From Paraphysomonas bandaiensis (lineage: Eukaryota > Protista > Chrysophyceae), in NCBI GenBank assembly GCA_965644295.1, contig CBFFRP010000043.1:30516-94515 (forward strand): a stretch of DNA of 64,000 nucleotides, read 5' to 3'. Position numbers and translations under genes: made by a program. Positions 26,725-40,331 of this stretch are shown piece by piece (within the stretch, counting starts at the first letter, position 1; each line of letters starts with the position of its first letter). Under the pieces are notes generated by a model. The model saw nothing but the letters and a program-made list of their open reading frames with translations, did not search any database and was not told the origin of the DNA.

Positions 26725-28043
26725 TATTGGCATGACCCGCTTCGCTTTTGGGATTAATCGCAAGATAGAAACCTCATATTCATCTTGTGGACTCCACAGC
26801 ATAGCAATACAGTACTTGTTGCACAACAGCCAACGACACAGCAAAATAATGTTCACTTCAGCACAACTCCATCCAACACAAACTAAATATGATTGATAAC
26901 ATTTCCTTAATTATCTTCTGCAAATACTTTATTATAAGGTTGTTCTCGATATTTTTTCTGGTATATTTTATCTCTTGACAAAAATAAAAATGTTTGTCAT
27001 TCATAACCAACCGGTTGTACCAGTGATGCAAATTCCGGGCATAAGGCCCTCTAACCGCCTGAACAGAACCACTTCCAGATAATACAACTTGGATTTTCTC
27101 ACCACACCAACCCTCAGAGACTTGGCGTGGTTTTGCTTCAATAGTGCCATATTCGGATTTCCTTCTTTAGTTCAAACAATGCTCGTAAAGTATGTTTATG
27201 TAATTCTACTCTGACGAAATAATAAGCATTGCTATTTAATCATACTATTATTACAGTATCTTGCACACTAACTACTGGTGATACAGCGTGACAAATAGTA
27301 GTCTCAAACGAATATGCTATTATTCAAGAAGCCGTCGACTTATGTTATTTAGGGTTCATTTCTACTATATAATATAATAGTGTGTGAAATAAATTAGCCT
27401 AAGCCCCCACTTATTCATAACATGATAAGACGCTGAGGTATATGCTTGGATTCAACAGATATTATCGTCGTGGGGACTCTATTACATGACCTAAAGATGG
27501 TTAACTTATTTGTTCTCAATTTAATACGTCATTCCACAGTATTATACGTATAAAGAAATGCTAATCAAATGGAAGCTGCCAACATTGCCTTGAATCTATA
27601 TACGCTTTGCATGTTGATTTTCTTGCCAGCTCTCAACAAAGTCGGACTCGCACCTTTTCGTGGTGTCCTGGGGGATAAGTACCGGAGATATTGCCCCGGG
27701 AAACTAACGTGAGCCGCAAACATGGACAGAAAATAATTTCTGCCCACTCAAACCCAAGTGCTTGCGTGGTACAAGGGACACTAATACAAGTGTTACTTGT
27801 GTATACGTCTTTGGGCCCTGTCGAATAACCAGCCATCCGGGCATCCGGGGTATTTGGCTGTCTGCTGAAGTCAAGTACCCAGGTTGTCCACGTTATAGGT
27901 TAGTCACTACTTAGTTAAAATGCTTGTTGTAATAATTATAGCAAAGACCAACAAGTGAATTGTATGTTCAATAGATTGTCACCAAACGCCACGAAGCGGT
28001 TACCATGTATTATGTACTATGTACCTTTGTATGCAGTTTTTAC

Positions 28044-28167
28044 CAGGGCTGCGTAACAATTAAGTTAATTGCAATTATAACTGCGCGAGATATAACTAAT
28101 AATTGAAATTTAACTAATAATTGAAAAACATCTACAACTAAATTGCAATTAATTGTTACAGACCCGG
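28044..28167. mobile_element. Small degenerate hAT-like MITE
   Basis: Imperfect TIRs cagggctgcgtaacaattaa ... ttaattgttacagacccgg around an AT-rich core. No clean TSD. Confidence 0.45.
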
Positions 28168-28462
28168 TTTAACCAGATATCATGCGCTCACAAGGTACAT
28201 CCTCAGATTAGTTCCGTGATTCTTCCGCTCACGGTCCGTGCTCATATCCTTCGTTTTGTCAATACACTGTTCATCTAAGTCTAATCTAGATATTGGTAGT
28301 TGATATCTAATATATACTGTAGTGAGGGTTTACAATACATATTCTACATAGGATCGTGCGATTAGACATAGTTGGCGCTATTTCACACTATTACAGAAAA
28401 AAATAAACAACGAGTTCAGAATTTATCCAATTAAACAAAAAGTCTATAAACAACTTAATTAT

Positions 28463-29865
28463 TCATTCACGATGTACAAGCATACTGCTCGTAAAATCGG
28501 ACAGCATTCCCGATTCGTTGTAACCTAATATAGAACTATCTGAACATGTCTTCTGTTTACTTCTTTTCTCCGGAATAAGTGGTGGCATTTCCTCGCATCC
28601 CTCACCCGTCTCCGAATTTTTAATAATATTAGGAACCCCGGGCGTTCTTCCTCCAAGAACTTCCATCGCCGGAGTATTTAAGCAAGCCAGCGCAACCTAT
28701 ACGTGATCAGAAACCACACACAAGAACAGAATTCTGCGAACAATACCTGAAGGGCAGTATTTCCTTGTGAATTCGATATTTTAGTACTAGCCTTATTGTA
28801 AATAAGGCACGAAAGTACAGGAACAGGAGACGGATGTTTTGCAGCTACATGCATCGCTGTATTTCCATCCACGTCAACTGCATCCAAATTTGCTCCCAAT
28901 GAAATGAGAACTTCAATACATTCTAAATGACAGTTTTTCGCTGCTGCAACAATAGGGGGGGTTCCTGCACTTCCTGTCTCTTCTACACTCACCCCAAAAG
29001 ATGCGAGAACTTTGATAACATCCCCTTGGCCATTTTCAGCCGCCAGTACCATAGGAGAAACACCAGTTAGGTACGCCGTAGCATCCGATCCAAATTCCAG
29101 AAGGAGTTGAACAATCGGAACATGACCACTAGAGGCGGCGTAGTGAATCGACAGAAAACCGGCAGAGTCTACTTCGTTTATGTTTACTCCTCGTCGGATC
29201 AAATCTTTACATCCTTCTAGGTCACCCATCTGAGAGCAGTTCGACAGATCTTCGATCATTTTTTCTTGAACGGAGAGATAATTCAACAACAACTTCTGGG
29301 AGGATTGTGTTTTCTCAAGTTTATCTAATTGTTTCCGCATTTTAATTAAACGTACAGGCTCTTTCTTTACATTAGACATGCTGTGATCGATCATCATCAG
29401 TCTTAAGTCTTCATGCATCTTTTCTATTTTCTTCTTTTCACGTTCATACCTTTCAAACTCTTCTGATTTCATCTTTCGTCGATTAAAAGTTTCAATTTTA
29501 TTTCGCTCCATTCTTAAAGTTGTTGAAAATTCAAGAATTCGTGATTTATAAGCTTCTGAGGTTTGGATCGCTGTCGCAGAGGCTGATTTCTGAGCTTCGA
29601 CTATATGTAAAGCATTCTGAAGCCGTCTACTGAGATCACCAACCAACAACTGAAGAGTCTCAACATCAGTGGGTAAATTAGATATATCTTTTTGTAACAC
29701 AGTTTGATTATTTGATTCTTCAATAATGATTTCATCACATGTGTTGATGTTCTTCTCGCTGATGCTGTCATGGACTTGACTCCCCACTTCAGCTACTTTT
29801 GAATCCACTGAAAGAGACTGTCCATCAGTAGGATTAGAGAATGAACTATCTTGCTCACTTGACAT
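28463..29865 (-). CDS. Coiled-coil plus ankyrin-repeat protein, 2 exons
   Basis: Canonical ankyrin motifs (GFLSIHYAASSGH, GTPPIVAAAKNCH, GNTAMHVAAK, GNTALQ). An intron at ~28698-28747 links to the terminal exon. Confidence 0.85.
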
Positions 29866-30528
29866 GTCTATCAGTAGCAGTTTATTGCATTATCACTATA
29901 TATAGATGTCTATTCCTCTATATAACTCTCATATCGACCTCTGCATGTGATAAAGCAAGCAGTTACTGTATCAATACTCTAATTTTTAGGTTATAGAGAC
30001 TAAATATCTGCATAATGAGTGCTTTCTTTAGCTAATTTTTCCTACTATTTTCTTACATATACTTTCAATCAACTCAAAAAGTGCCGTTTTGGATTTTCCT
30101 GAAAGGGGTTTTCACTCGAAAATCATTGTTTTGGATTCCAAAACGTATGCACCTGCTATTTGAAACAGTCGTTTTTTTGACAGTTCTCCACTCCTTTTTT
30201 ATGAACTATAGTACGATCCTTGTCCTGTATTTCAGGATATTTAGAAAAAAAAAGTATTTTTTAGATTTTTTCAATTTCTGTCACTAAAAACACGAAATCC
30301 CTCATTTCCATGAAATGACGGTTTATATCAATCCACTTCTCTAATATTCAAAATTCTATGAAAAACCTTTGACTATTTAAGATACGAATAATTTTGAAAA
30401 AATAGCATCTCATGATGCCATCAAATGTGAATATACGCGAAAACTCCTCAAAAACTTGTCGATTTCCTGGTTTCATAATCCAAGAGGTCCAGTTTATTGA
30501 TTTTATCCCATAGATCTCCGTCTCCATC

Positions 30529-31274
30529 ATGTCTGAAGAAGCCTCCAATGCTGTGGTATGTATATCTTCGTTCATGGAACAGATTGTGGTAATGTTTTGT
30601 TTGTTTAGCCCTCCCCTGCCGTCGATTCTCCCGCACGGTTAAAGTTCCTATCAGAGGTCGAGAATGCTCTCACTGGACCTGATCTTGTTAATGCCGCAAA
30701 AGCATATGCAGAGTATGAGAAGGGTCAAGCAGCCTTTGCTTTCAATAGAGCGAAGAAGGTGCTGGTTCATACGGGTGTGTTAGATGGGGAGAAGTGGCAG
30801 CGTACGTATGGCTCGATGGGGAAGATGAGAGCCGACTTCTATGCAGCCTTTAACAGTGTCCCTCCAGAGATTATGGAGCATTTGAAGAACGCCATGTTCT
30901 TTGATTCTCGTGTTAACAAAAGTTATCGCTCCCCGAACTCTCTTTTCCCGGATCGTCACGGAAGAAATTTGGAGGACGTTGGAGTAGTGAAGACTAGCTC
31001 TTCGAAGAAACGAAAGAATAGATCAAAAGTGGTTAATGCAGTCCAGGATCCTCTAGCAGAAGTTGTTGATGCTACCGGGGGTAATGTGACAATTGCTACT
31101 GCTGGTCTGGATAATCTTCCAGAGCCTGTGAGTGCCGTGGAATTGGAGGAAAGGGTGCGATCCATCAAGTCTGCTCGACTAGCCAATGCCCTTAGTCACC
31201 CTTCCTTCAGCTCACTCGATGAGCAGTCTCAAGGTCTTATTAAGCAGCAATGGCTTTCTACCCTTGTGGAATAA
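30529..31274 (+). CDS. Hypothetical protein with NLS-like KKRKNRSK, 2 exons
   Basis: ATG at 30529, intron gtatgt...tttag 30556-30608, then an open frame to TAA at 31274. Confidence 0.55.
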
Positions 31275-31698
31275 TCACTCTGTTCACGATGTCCTGTTGC
31301 GGGAGTTGAGGATCGTATGTGTTTTGACGACGATGTGTGTGCTGCTTGTGTGCGTGCATGAAGTGTCGCCCCATTAGATGCTATTAATATCTGAATGTAG
31401 TAGAATATTAAACCAAAGTATAATAATTAGCTTGTATATTTACTTATCAATCTTTACAATATCGAAGCAACTGCACGGTGTGCTCAATCCCATCTTTCCA
31501 GCCAGCAGGGCTCAATTATTATGAGTAACATACGAGACATGCTTTGATGGAAGTACTGTATAATGAAGCAGATTTAGTATATCTATGCTAGTCAGAAAAT
31601 AAGCCTGCTGTGTGTATATATTTATTACATGATTGGTGAGAATATGGAAACCGATTAACCTATGTTCAAAGGTGAGTAGGTGTCAGGGCTAGGCAAAC

Positions 31699-32971
31699 CA
31701 GGGATAGGGAACAATATATTGCAATACTATTGTTAGGTAGCGTTCCATCAATAGTATTGATGGATTTTTTAAACCGGCCCTACAATACTATTGCAATATA
31801 TTGCAATATATTGTACAATATATTGCAATATATTAGTATGACTAATCAGTAAGTAAACACATCCGTAGTTTTCATTTTTAGTACTTGCCATATTTTATAA
31901 GGTCTAAGGTCACTTGATAATCAAACCCACTACTCTTAACTAATTAAAAGTTTCCTCATACTCATCCTCTGAGCCATCATCGGTGACATCATCATCACCA
32001 TATTCATTCAATATTGATTGAAATATGCTTGCATCCGGCCACAACTGTCGGTTAGCTTTCAGAAACAACAGCATATTAAGTGTAGTAGGATGCATACGTT
32101 TGCGCAACACTGATATAATCAGTTTTGCTGCGCTGAACAGGCGTTCACACGTATTGGAAGTACATACTACATGACTCGTGCACCTGTACTTAGATATTTC
32201 AACTTTTCGCTTCTTAAGTTTTTGAGCTGATTGAAGAATTTTTTCCGCATAGCCAACTTCAGCTTCATCATCCTCTGTATTGTTGCAATAATCACTGTCT
32301 GAACGGAGATATATTCTAACAGCATCTTTCTCAGATCTTGTCAAGTCCAATTCTTCGCCTGCTTGGAGTTTTGCAATTCCATTCTCGAAATTCGGATCAT
32401 TAACAATGGGACTGTTTTTCTGTAAAGCAGATAGTGGATACTTTGGCCTAAAGTCCCTCAATAAGCCATCAAATATGTTCCGGCATTCATAAAGATTTAC
32501 TTGACTTGATCCTCCAGTTTGAAGCAATTTCGAGACGCTTTCAAACTTCCTCAGGTCGTCTACAAGGGCGATTATTTCGGTATTCTGTCATCATTCAGTT
32601 GTCTCTTCTTGTCACTATAGGATATATATACTATATTAAGAGAAGTACTGTACATACATGTGGAGAGGTGTAGAGTGCTGTTTGAGCTGGCGATACATAA
32701 AAAATAGAAAATAACATCAAAAATAGGCTTTTTTTCTTATTTTCCGGATATTTGTATACAGAGGCGTATATTTTGCACCATACAGTTGAGGATCTTCTCT
32801 TATATGACTATCATAATATTGATTGCAATATATTGCAATAGTATTGTGAGCTCTATTAACAGAAACACTATTGATGGAATATTTGACCAGTCCACCAATC
32901 AATATATTTTACAATATATTGCAATATATTGTACAATATATTGCAATACAATATATTGTTCCCTATCCCTG
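31699..32971 (-). mobile_element. Non-autonomous hAT DNA transposon (internal deletion derivative)
   Basis: 23-bp TIR cagggatagggaacaatatattg; 8-bp TSD AGGCAAAC at 31691-31698 and 32972-32979; subterminal aatatattgc repeats. Confidence 0.95.
31940..32585 (-). pseudogene. hAT transposase C-terminal fragment with dimerisation domain
   Basis: DLRKFESVSKLLQ...FENGIAKLQ...TSNTCERLFSAAKLIISVLRKRMHPTTLNMLLFLKAN; the N-terminal and catalytic part is missing. Confidence 0.9.
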
Positions 32972-33587
32972 AGGCAAACTATATTGGATTTAAATATCAA
33001 GTTATTTTTGCTTGCTACAATATATTTATATTATTATATAAATTTGCAATTTAGATTGTTATATATTGCTCATGCTTGTGTGTATTTGAAAATAGATTTG
33101 ATTAATCATAAATTACTCTTCATAACTCATATATAAAACATCAAACAATTCGGATAGTTACCTGCAATGAGGAAGGCTAACCGTAATCGATTTTAGAACT
33201 CGTGCTTTCTCTGTCAACCTTTAACCAAATAGTAGCATACTGCTGGCAACATATTGTTATCGCCCCCTGGTCTGGACAGTATCAATTAATTGTCATTTAT
33301 TAAAGTTTCAACAATTGAAATTGAGACAGCAAATATATTTGCAATTATAATTGACTACAACCTGCGTAAATTGAATCGCAGTCCTGGTAGGATATGAAAA
33401 TTTACACTAGTTAGCTACTGATAGATGTCGATCTAGCTTGACTAGTCTTCATCTAACTACTTATCTGGTTTTGATTCTTGACGCCTACTGCAAATAATAA
33501 GACTTTCACCTCATCCAGGCATTCGGGGTATTGGGCTGTCTGCTGAAGTCAAGCATCCGGGCTGTGCACCTTAAGGACTCAAAAATC

Positions 33588-33784
33588 CTGAAGTTAGCAG
33601 ATATCAGGTATATCAACATTCTGCTTGCTCACTATGTTTGCATTGTGTTAGAGTTAGCGAAAGTGGTTAAATAGTAGGATGTAGGATGTCAGAGTTAAGC
33701 ATTAAGCACTAGCCAGTTAAATTTCATTGCTAAATTGCTTAGTTCTGACTTTTAAACGCCTATTGCTAATAATAAGACTTTCAC
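33588..33784 (+). repeat. Dispersed repeat family copy; a further terminal fragment lies at 33481-33509
   Basis: ctgaagttagcagat...aaatagtagga...ttagttctgact...acgcctattgctaataataagactttcac matches 12251-12440. Confidence 0.8.
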
Positions 33785-34044
33785 GACTATACATGTCTAG
33801 TAAGTTATATCTCAATGAAATTCTTATTTACATGCTACCCCGTAAAAAGTATAGGAATGTAATGCTGGTCGTGGTGACTGAAAACACGTTGTAAATCTTA
33901 CGAAGTCAGCGGAATGTATTGTAAACTATATCAACTGCCCCTACCCTCACATCACAAGAAAAAAACATATCTAACAGGTATGCCTCGTAGTAATAAACCA
34001 GAACAAAATTTGCAACAATAGAATGACAGCTACTTAACCAGACT

Positions 34045-37000
34045 CTACACTGTTTCATCTGCAATGCCGTCAGGAAGAGTCCAGTATGTTTGTTTAGTCC
34101 TGTGATTGACATAATAATGACGACCATCTTTAGACAACTTCCTTTCCCATTGCGGGGGCAAGCGGTTATCGAACTCGTCGAATGTACTACAATTCTCTGC
34201 GACCACAGGTAGTTGACCAGAGGATTGTTGCTTGCCGTCTAAACGCCGCATAGATCTAAATGTGCGACGTAGGTGCTCGGGGAGACTGCTCTGTGGTGGT
34301 GGGGTCCACGATATATCCATCAGGTTGAAGTCCACATAAAACACGCGACCATCATCGCATCGCCGTTTCTCCCATCCGTCCGGCAGAGTTTTGTCATCAA
34401 TAATCTCTGACTTTTCGAAATCCTACAATTTCTATCAGAATACGAAACTAAGCGCGTATATATATACCGCAGGAGTAATATGTCGTGTTAGAGACTCCTC
34501 CACTGCCAAATCAACTTGCGCTGTATCAAGGCGGGTTAGTTCAAACCCCCCTTCATCGTCAGTACAGGAGTGATCCGCATCATCTTGTGCATGTGATAAA
34601 GTCGCTACGACTTCGGGCATAGCATAAAACTCTATTAGGCTAAAACAAGACTGCAAATACTAGTCAGTTAGATTGTACATACAACACGAACGCATACATG
34701 TTTAGCTGAGCCTTCCAACTCAGGATAGTCCCCACTCTTGAAAACGGAGAATTCTACAGGATCGTGCTGCTCATCCCAGCTTCCACTTATACGCACCGGA
34801 CTGAAACGGGTTGGTACACGACTTACATCGCAGCAAATAATGGGCGCCAGTAGCTGTTTGCGTTCTACAACTGGCACATATGCTGGAGCTCCCTGAATAC
34901 AACGAAAGGTGGCAGAGCCGTTTGAATGAGTTTTGTCGTTCACAGACTTCATCATAGAAGGACTGAACAACTTTAAGATGCGTTTCGACACGCGGTAGAG
35001 TAAACCCCAGGCCAATAGAATTGATAACGCCACTATACAGGCATAGCCATATAGCTTCACCAATTTAGACTGGTCTTGTGTCATATGCCTGCCCACAGTT
35101 CTATTAATTGGACAAACAACAAAGCAGTGGAAATACTTACGGGGTTATATCACAGCTAATGCGACATACAGGGGCATCCTCAATGTCAGTCCCACAAACG
35201 CCACGATACGGCCAGTTGGCGAAATACCGCATGGATATGTAAAGGTGGCACCAAACCGTTGCAAAGAAAAAGTACCGAGACAACTGGGCAAGGCCCTCGT
35301 TAATCTGTGGCTTTCGCTTCCACAAACGAAATAGTGAATATTTGTCCACCATGTACGTGGATATCATTGCAAATGCCGTTATGAATTGTCCAGTGGGTAT
35401 CGGCACTGCAAAGAAAAGCCCAGTGAAAACGCTCTTCAGACAGTCAGTATATCTTTCAGCCAGAGTCCACTCCGCACCTTGCCACCGAGCATTGAACTGT
35501 GTCTGCGTAGTCCCGAATAAGGGAGCCAAAACATACCGTTGAAACGTGTCCCAGAGGTTCAGAAAGCGGAACACTGGGGTGGCGATAGCGTCGGCAATAA
35601 GAACGGTCTGCATGCGCTCAAGACTTTCTAGTGAGAAGAATTCATCGTAGTCTACTACCAGATAGATCAACAGGGCACTGTTGATACAACGAGCTGCCAT
35701 CAATTTTACCAATACCGACCGTTGTACGTGTCCTTCATCGAAGTGTAGCTCTAAGCGCTGGGTGATTATCTTGATGACCACAGGCAAGCCCGCGTTAATT
35801 GCAGAGATGACAATTGCCACGAATATGACATTGCTGTTATTGTCGTTGATAGTGAGATACTGCATTACAGTCAGTTGGAAACTTTAGTTTCATGGAACGG
35901 ATATAAGTATGTATATAATTATACTTACACATGCATTTATATAGGTGTGGCAATGTGACTTACGTAGACGATAAGGAACGACACATGAATCATGCAGTAG
36001 CAGAGAGCATAGCTCATGAGGTAGTGCAGCATACGGATTACAAAAGACGTGTGGCTATGTTCATATATAATATCCGAAGGTTCGGGAGCCTTCTTTACAC
36101 GCAGGACCTACACCAACGATTATAAGAAGTTGCACAGATAAAAAACAATATAATTGCCACTTACCTTTCCGTGGAATGCGCAGTGTGAATTCTTCGAGGC
36201 TCGATTCATCCATATATCCAATTTCCCTGTTAATAATATAATCTACAGTTACCTAGCGTTTTGTACACAGTGTTCTGCTACGCACCGACAGCCATGCGAC
36301 TTAAGCAGTTTTCACGTTCTGCCTCCGTGTTGAAAGTCACAAAAACTCTCCACGGCTCATAGTCCCTATTACAGAGACCTTCAATACGGGAGGTAACTTT
36401 CTCGATATCCCTTGTAAGACTGGCTACAGATGGCAGCACTCCCACTTCCTGCATGAATACATTCAGTTATTTTTGTGAACTCCATTACCATAAAAACAAC
36501 ACACCCGGAGGTAGCGCAAAGCAGATATGATGGGGGGCGGCAAGCTATAACAGGCCACAGGTGTCTCCAAGGCAGCAAAGCGCGTCGTCAATAACTTCTT
36601 ACGGGCAATTGCCCGCAAGAGCTGTCCGTTCTTCTTGGCTACAGTTACCAGTACGACTTGGCCGAATTGGCTAAAGAATTCATAGTAGTCCTACATAACA
36701 GCCACATCGCATTTTGTCAGGAACAAAGATACACTTCTCTGCCAATATCATACCCTGGGTTCAGATCTGGTTGTGGGCGGATTTTCCACCACCACAGAGT
36801 AGTCAGAGGTTGTCTGCTGAGCTTCATCAATCTTCTCTACCTCAGACTTCTCTATGTAGTTGGCAACTAGTGCTACCAGAGTGGTCAAAACACAGGTGAC
36901 TATATCAGCTACACCCTGCCGATTGAACTTCAAATCTTCTCTGGTCACTCCATACACGCTACCCGTCATGCGCATAGGCGTTTCCACATCAGGGGAGTAG

Positions 37001-37461
37001 GTTCCATCACAATTCGGCTCCTCTGCAGGCCCTGAGTGAGATTTTTGCACCTGGTTCACTCTATTGGCATCCACAGCCAGAAGAGAAACACAGCCGCAAA
37101 TCAAGAACACAATACAGAATGCTTTTAGTGTGCGGAAGTACAAACTGACTCCAACACCGAATTCGTCTAACGCGTTCGCTTTCGACTCAAAAAAGTCATA
37201 TAGCTTAGCTGGTTCCCCATTCTCGTCAAATAATTCTCCTGGTAAAGCCATTCTATACCCACTAGGCTGTGTTTTGTCTGCTATACGACGAGGAAGTAAC
37301 GTATTTCTAAACTCTCTCGCTGACATGAAATTTGGAGCCACGTACTTCGGTGGAGGTACATCCTGTTCATTATCTGACTGATTAGTAATATATGATGCTT
37401 TAGGAGAGAGTGGTACGTGTCCCACTGGGAACAGATCCTCGTCATCGGAATCCACACTCAT
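34045..37461 (-). CDS. OSCA/TMEM63 (CSC1)-like multi-TM channel with two C-terminal WW domains; multi-exon
   Basis: GVGVSLYFRTLK, TTSDYSVVVENPP, FVTFNTE, LAERYTD, YMVDKYSLFR; WW domains LPDGWEKRRCDDGRVFYVDF..SWTPP and LPPQWERKLSKDGRHYYVNHRTKQTYWTLP. Intermediate introns were only partly traced. Confidence 0.75.
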
Positions 37462-38154
37462 ATCTACTGTCCGTAAACTCTATCGGGTTATTCTAACACT
37501 CACAAGGCTATAAAACAAGGGAGAGTATACAAACATCAATTGAGATGAAAGTATCGTTGATTCTATCTCGGTTGAACATATGCGTCACTGTGTTAATATC
37601 ATTAACAGGCAGTTAATATATACATACACATCTACTCATTGGAGGACTGCATAACAATAAACTGTATACCATATACATACAGCTGTATGACCTGTATATA
37701 CATCTAGAAGTAGATACCCATCGCATCCCATATCCAGATATGCAGCCATTCTGCATTTCAAAATTAAGTTGGAGAATACCGAATACGTTTTCTGTATACT
37801 TTTTCTATTCCACCCCACCACTCTGTGTCTTGTACGAAGTACAGGATGTACATAAGTCTAGAAGTACGGATCGGATTGTGGGAAGACCGCCAAACCAGAA
37901 AAAGGGGGATTTTGTAATAGACAGTTCAATCTACTATACTGTAGGTTTGTGTTCAAATTCAAACCAGAAAGCCTTTGGTGCAATAATGCGATAGATATTT
38001 ACTTCAAAATACTGGATATTTAGTTAAAAATAAGGATATTCTGCTGCATAAAATGAAGTAGAGTACTATAATCCCATCCATTGCAGTATATACACAACAT
38101 CTCTCCCAATTTATTTTAAAATAGAGATATACATTCTTCGAATTCCCTACCACC

Positions 38155-39960
38155 ATGCGAATCAACCCAGTGCTAAAGTTCAGTGGTTTAGTGTTTATCT
38201 TACTTTTTTGCAGCTGTGAATGCAAGCAAGTCTCTCGATCGCGATGGTTGAGTACAGGCAGCTCTAGAAAGATGTCTGAGCTGGAGAGGTTGAGCTCAGA
38301 AATACCCGATTATATTCTTCAGATATCCGAAATCTTGGAACCTAAGTTGAAAATAGTATCGAGCCTGCTACGTAAGCCCCCACCGCCGAAGAAGGGTATC
38401 ATATCACGCTATTTCAACCGCAAGAATTTAGCTCTATGTGCAACAGTATGTGTATCTGGAATAGCTGTATCGAGAATGTATTTTCAGCAAATGAGTGCAT
38501 ATAACTTATTCCCAACAAATTCGATAAACAACCTGTTATGGAATAGATTAAGCGTTGTCGGTCATAACGGTACTGTAACATACAGAAATGCATCGCTGTC
38601 AGGAGAAGATGATAGCCACACACTGTTAATATTCGACTGGAATGCCTCCACCGTAGCGGAATCGAAATTTAGGTTTGAACAGTTAGAGATGTTATCTAAA
38701 ATATCAATGCTTTCTCATTCAGTGGGACGTAAGGTGTGTGTCATAATTTGGTTTGTATTGATTAACGGGAATTTTGTCGTAACAGTTTGAGCTAGTGTAC
38801 GTGCCCCATGAGAATGTTCCTCATGCAATTGAGTCCAGCTCTTCTTTCCGACCACTCTCCTGGAAATTTCTGTCATCTAAACTTGCCGACAAAGAGTGTG
38901 TTTTTCTGCATTTGCATTGCTTGTACTGATTTGATACCTGTGTAGGTTGGTGCGGGTGGTTCGTGAGAAATACGCTATACCTGACGGTGGTTTGCGGTTA
39001 GTTGTACTAGACTCTGCAGGGCGGGTTCTCTCTGATCGTGCTGAAGAATTATTCCGAATTTCACCACAGAGCCTTCCGTGGCCCCCCAGACTGGTGCAGG
39101 AAGAGGTGCTATCGGGACCTGTTCTCGATCCGAACGAGACAATCCCGACAGTGCCCCTGAATACCACCAACAAGACTGTTGCACTATTCTTCTCTGCTTC
39201 ATGGTGCGAGCCTTGCAAAAAAGTTTTGCCATTGCTCAACGCATCTTTAGATGACTTGCGGAGCCGGGGTGTGGATGTGGTACTTGTGAGTTTAGACAAG
39301 TCGGAGGACGAGTTCGACAGATATAGAGGCTCCCTCCGCTTTCCTGCTGTACCGTACAAAGACTCGCGACGGTTATTACTACAGTCTGGACTCGGTGTAC
39401 GCGCAATTCCGTCATTGATTGTGCTTCGTAATAACTCTGTGGTTACCTCCTCCGGGGTTCCGGCACTACTGGGCGGTGATGACAGACTGTGGGAGGAAGG
39501 GGTTTTGGATCTGTCTGCACCATCGAATATCCAACAGCTTCAGTACCGACCCGTTTTGATTGCCTTCACTGAACACTGCGACAGTCTCGTGAAGGATTCT
39601 GTCAAGGATGCGCTGGAGGAATGTCGGGCCTCAGTCTCTTTCCCTGTTACCGTTCCCCGCCTCTCCCGCAACGATCTCATGGTAGGAACTGTTGAGGAGG
39701 CCTCTCGTGTGAGTGAGGTGCTGCGGACTCTTTGTGGTATGCCTGACGCGAGATCTAACATACCTCAGTTTGCTATCTTGGACCTTAGCACTGAGAGAGC
39801 TTTTGGTAACCTCACGTGGGATACTGACTCTTTCAGAGATATGCTTGCTACTGGAGCTCTTAAAACGACTGTAGTCGACGCGCTAGAAGACATGACAACT
39901 AGATTTCTGGACTATAGTCTGCAGCCTAGAAAGGTTGATATTGGGTCTCTAAGTATATAG
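38155..39960 (+). CDS. Nucleoredoxin/tryparedoxin-like thioredoxin-fold protein with signal peptide, 3 exons
   Basis: VALFFSASWCEPCKK, VVLVSLDKSEDEF, AVPY, GVRAIPSLIV; hydrophobic N-terminus; two short GT-AG introns near 38734-38785 and 38896-38945. Confidence 0.85.
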
Positions 39961-40331
39961 CTAGTTGTGTGTAACAAGTGTTAGAAATAGAACTGAGATG
40001 TGTCGAGCTTGATGGTTTGCTGCTCTCTGTATGATGGTTTGACGGGCGGGTGCGTAATTTTCATCAGAGTATTAATTAATTTAATATAGTTTATGTCGTC
40101 TTGTCATTTAAGTCTTATAGAGTACCTCTACGACTATACTTTTTAAATAAGAGTGTGGAAGTATTATAAATATTTTATACGATATGTACACCAATGTACT
40201 CTACCATACAATCCAAGCATTCAAAATGATTTTGTAAATACTTATTAACATCATTAACATACATACTCTCTATCTAAAAAGACAATTGTTAAATGAAATA
40301 AAACAGAGGTACAAATATAAAGATAGAGCTA

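Noticed and set aside
27859-27875. Possible hammerhead ribozyme core (ctgctgaagtc)
   Set aside because: Lacks CUGANGA and a suitably placed GAAA.
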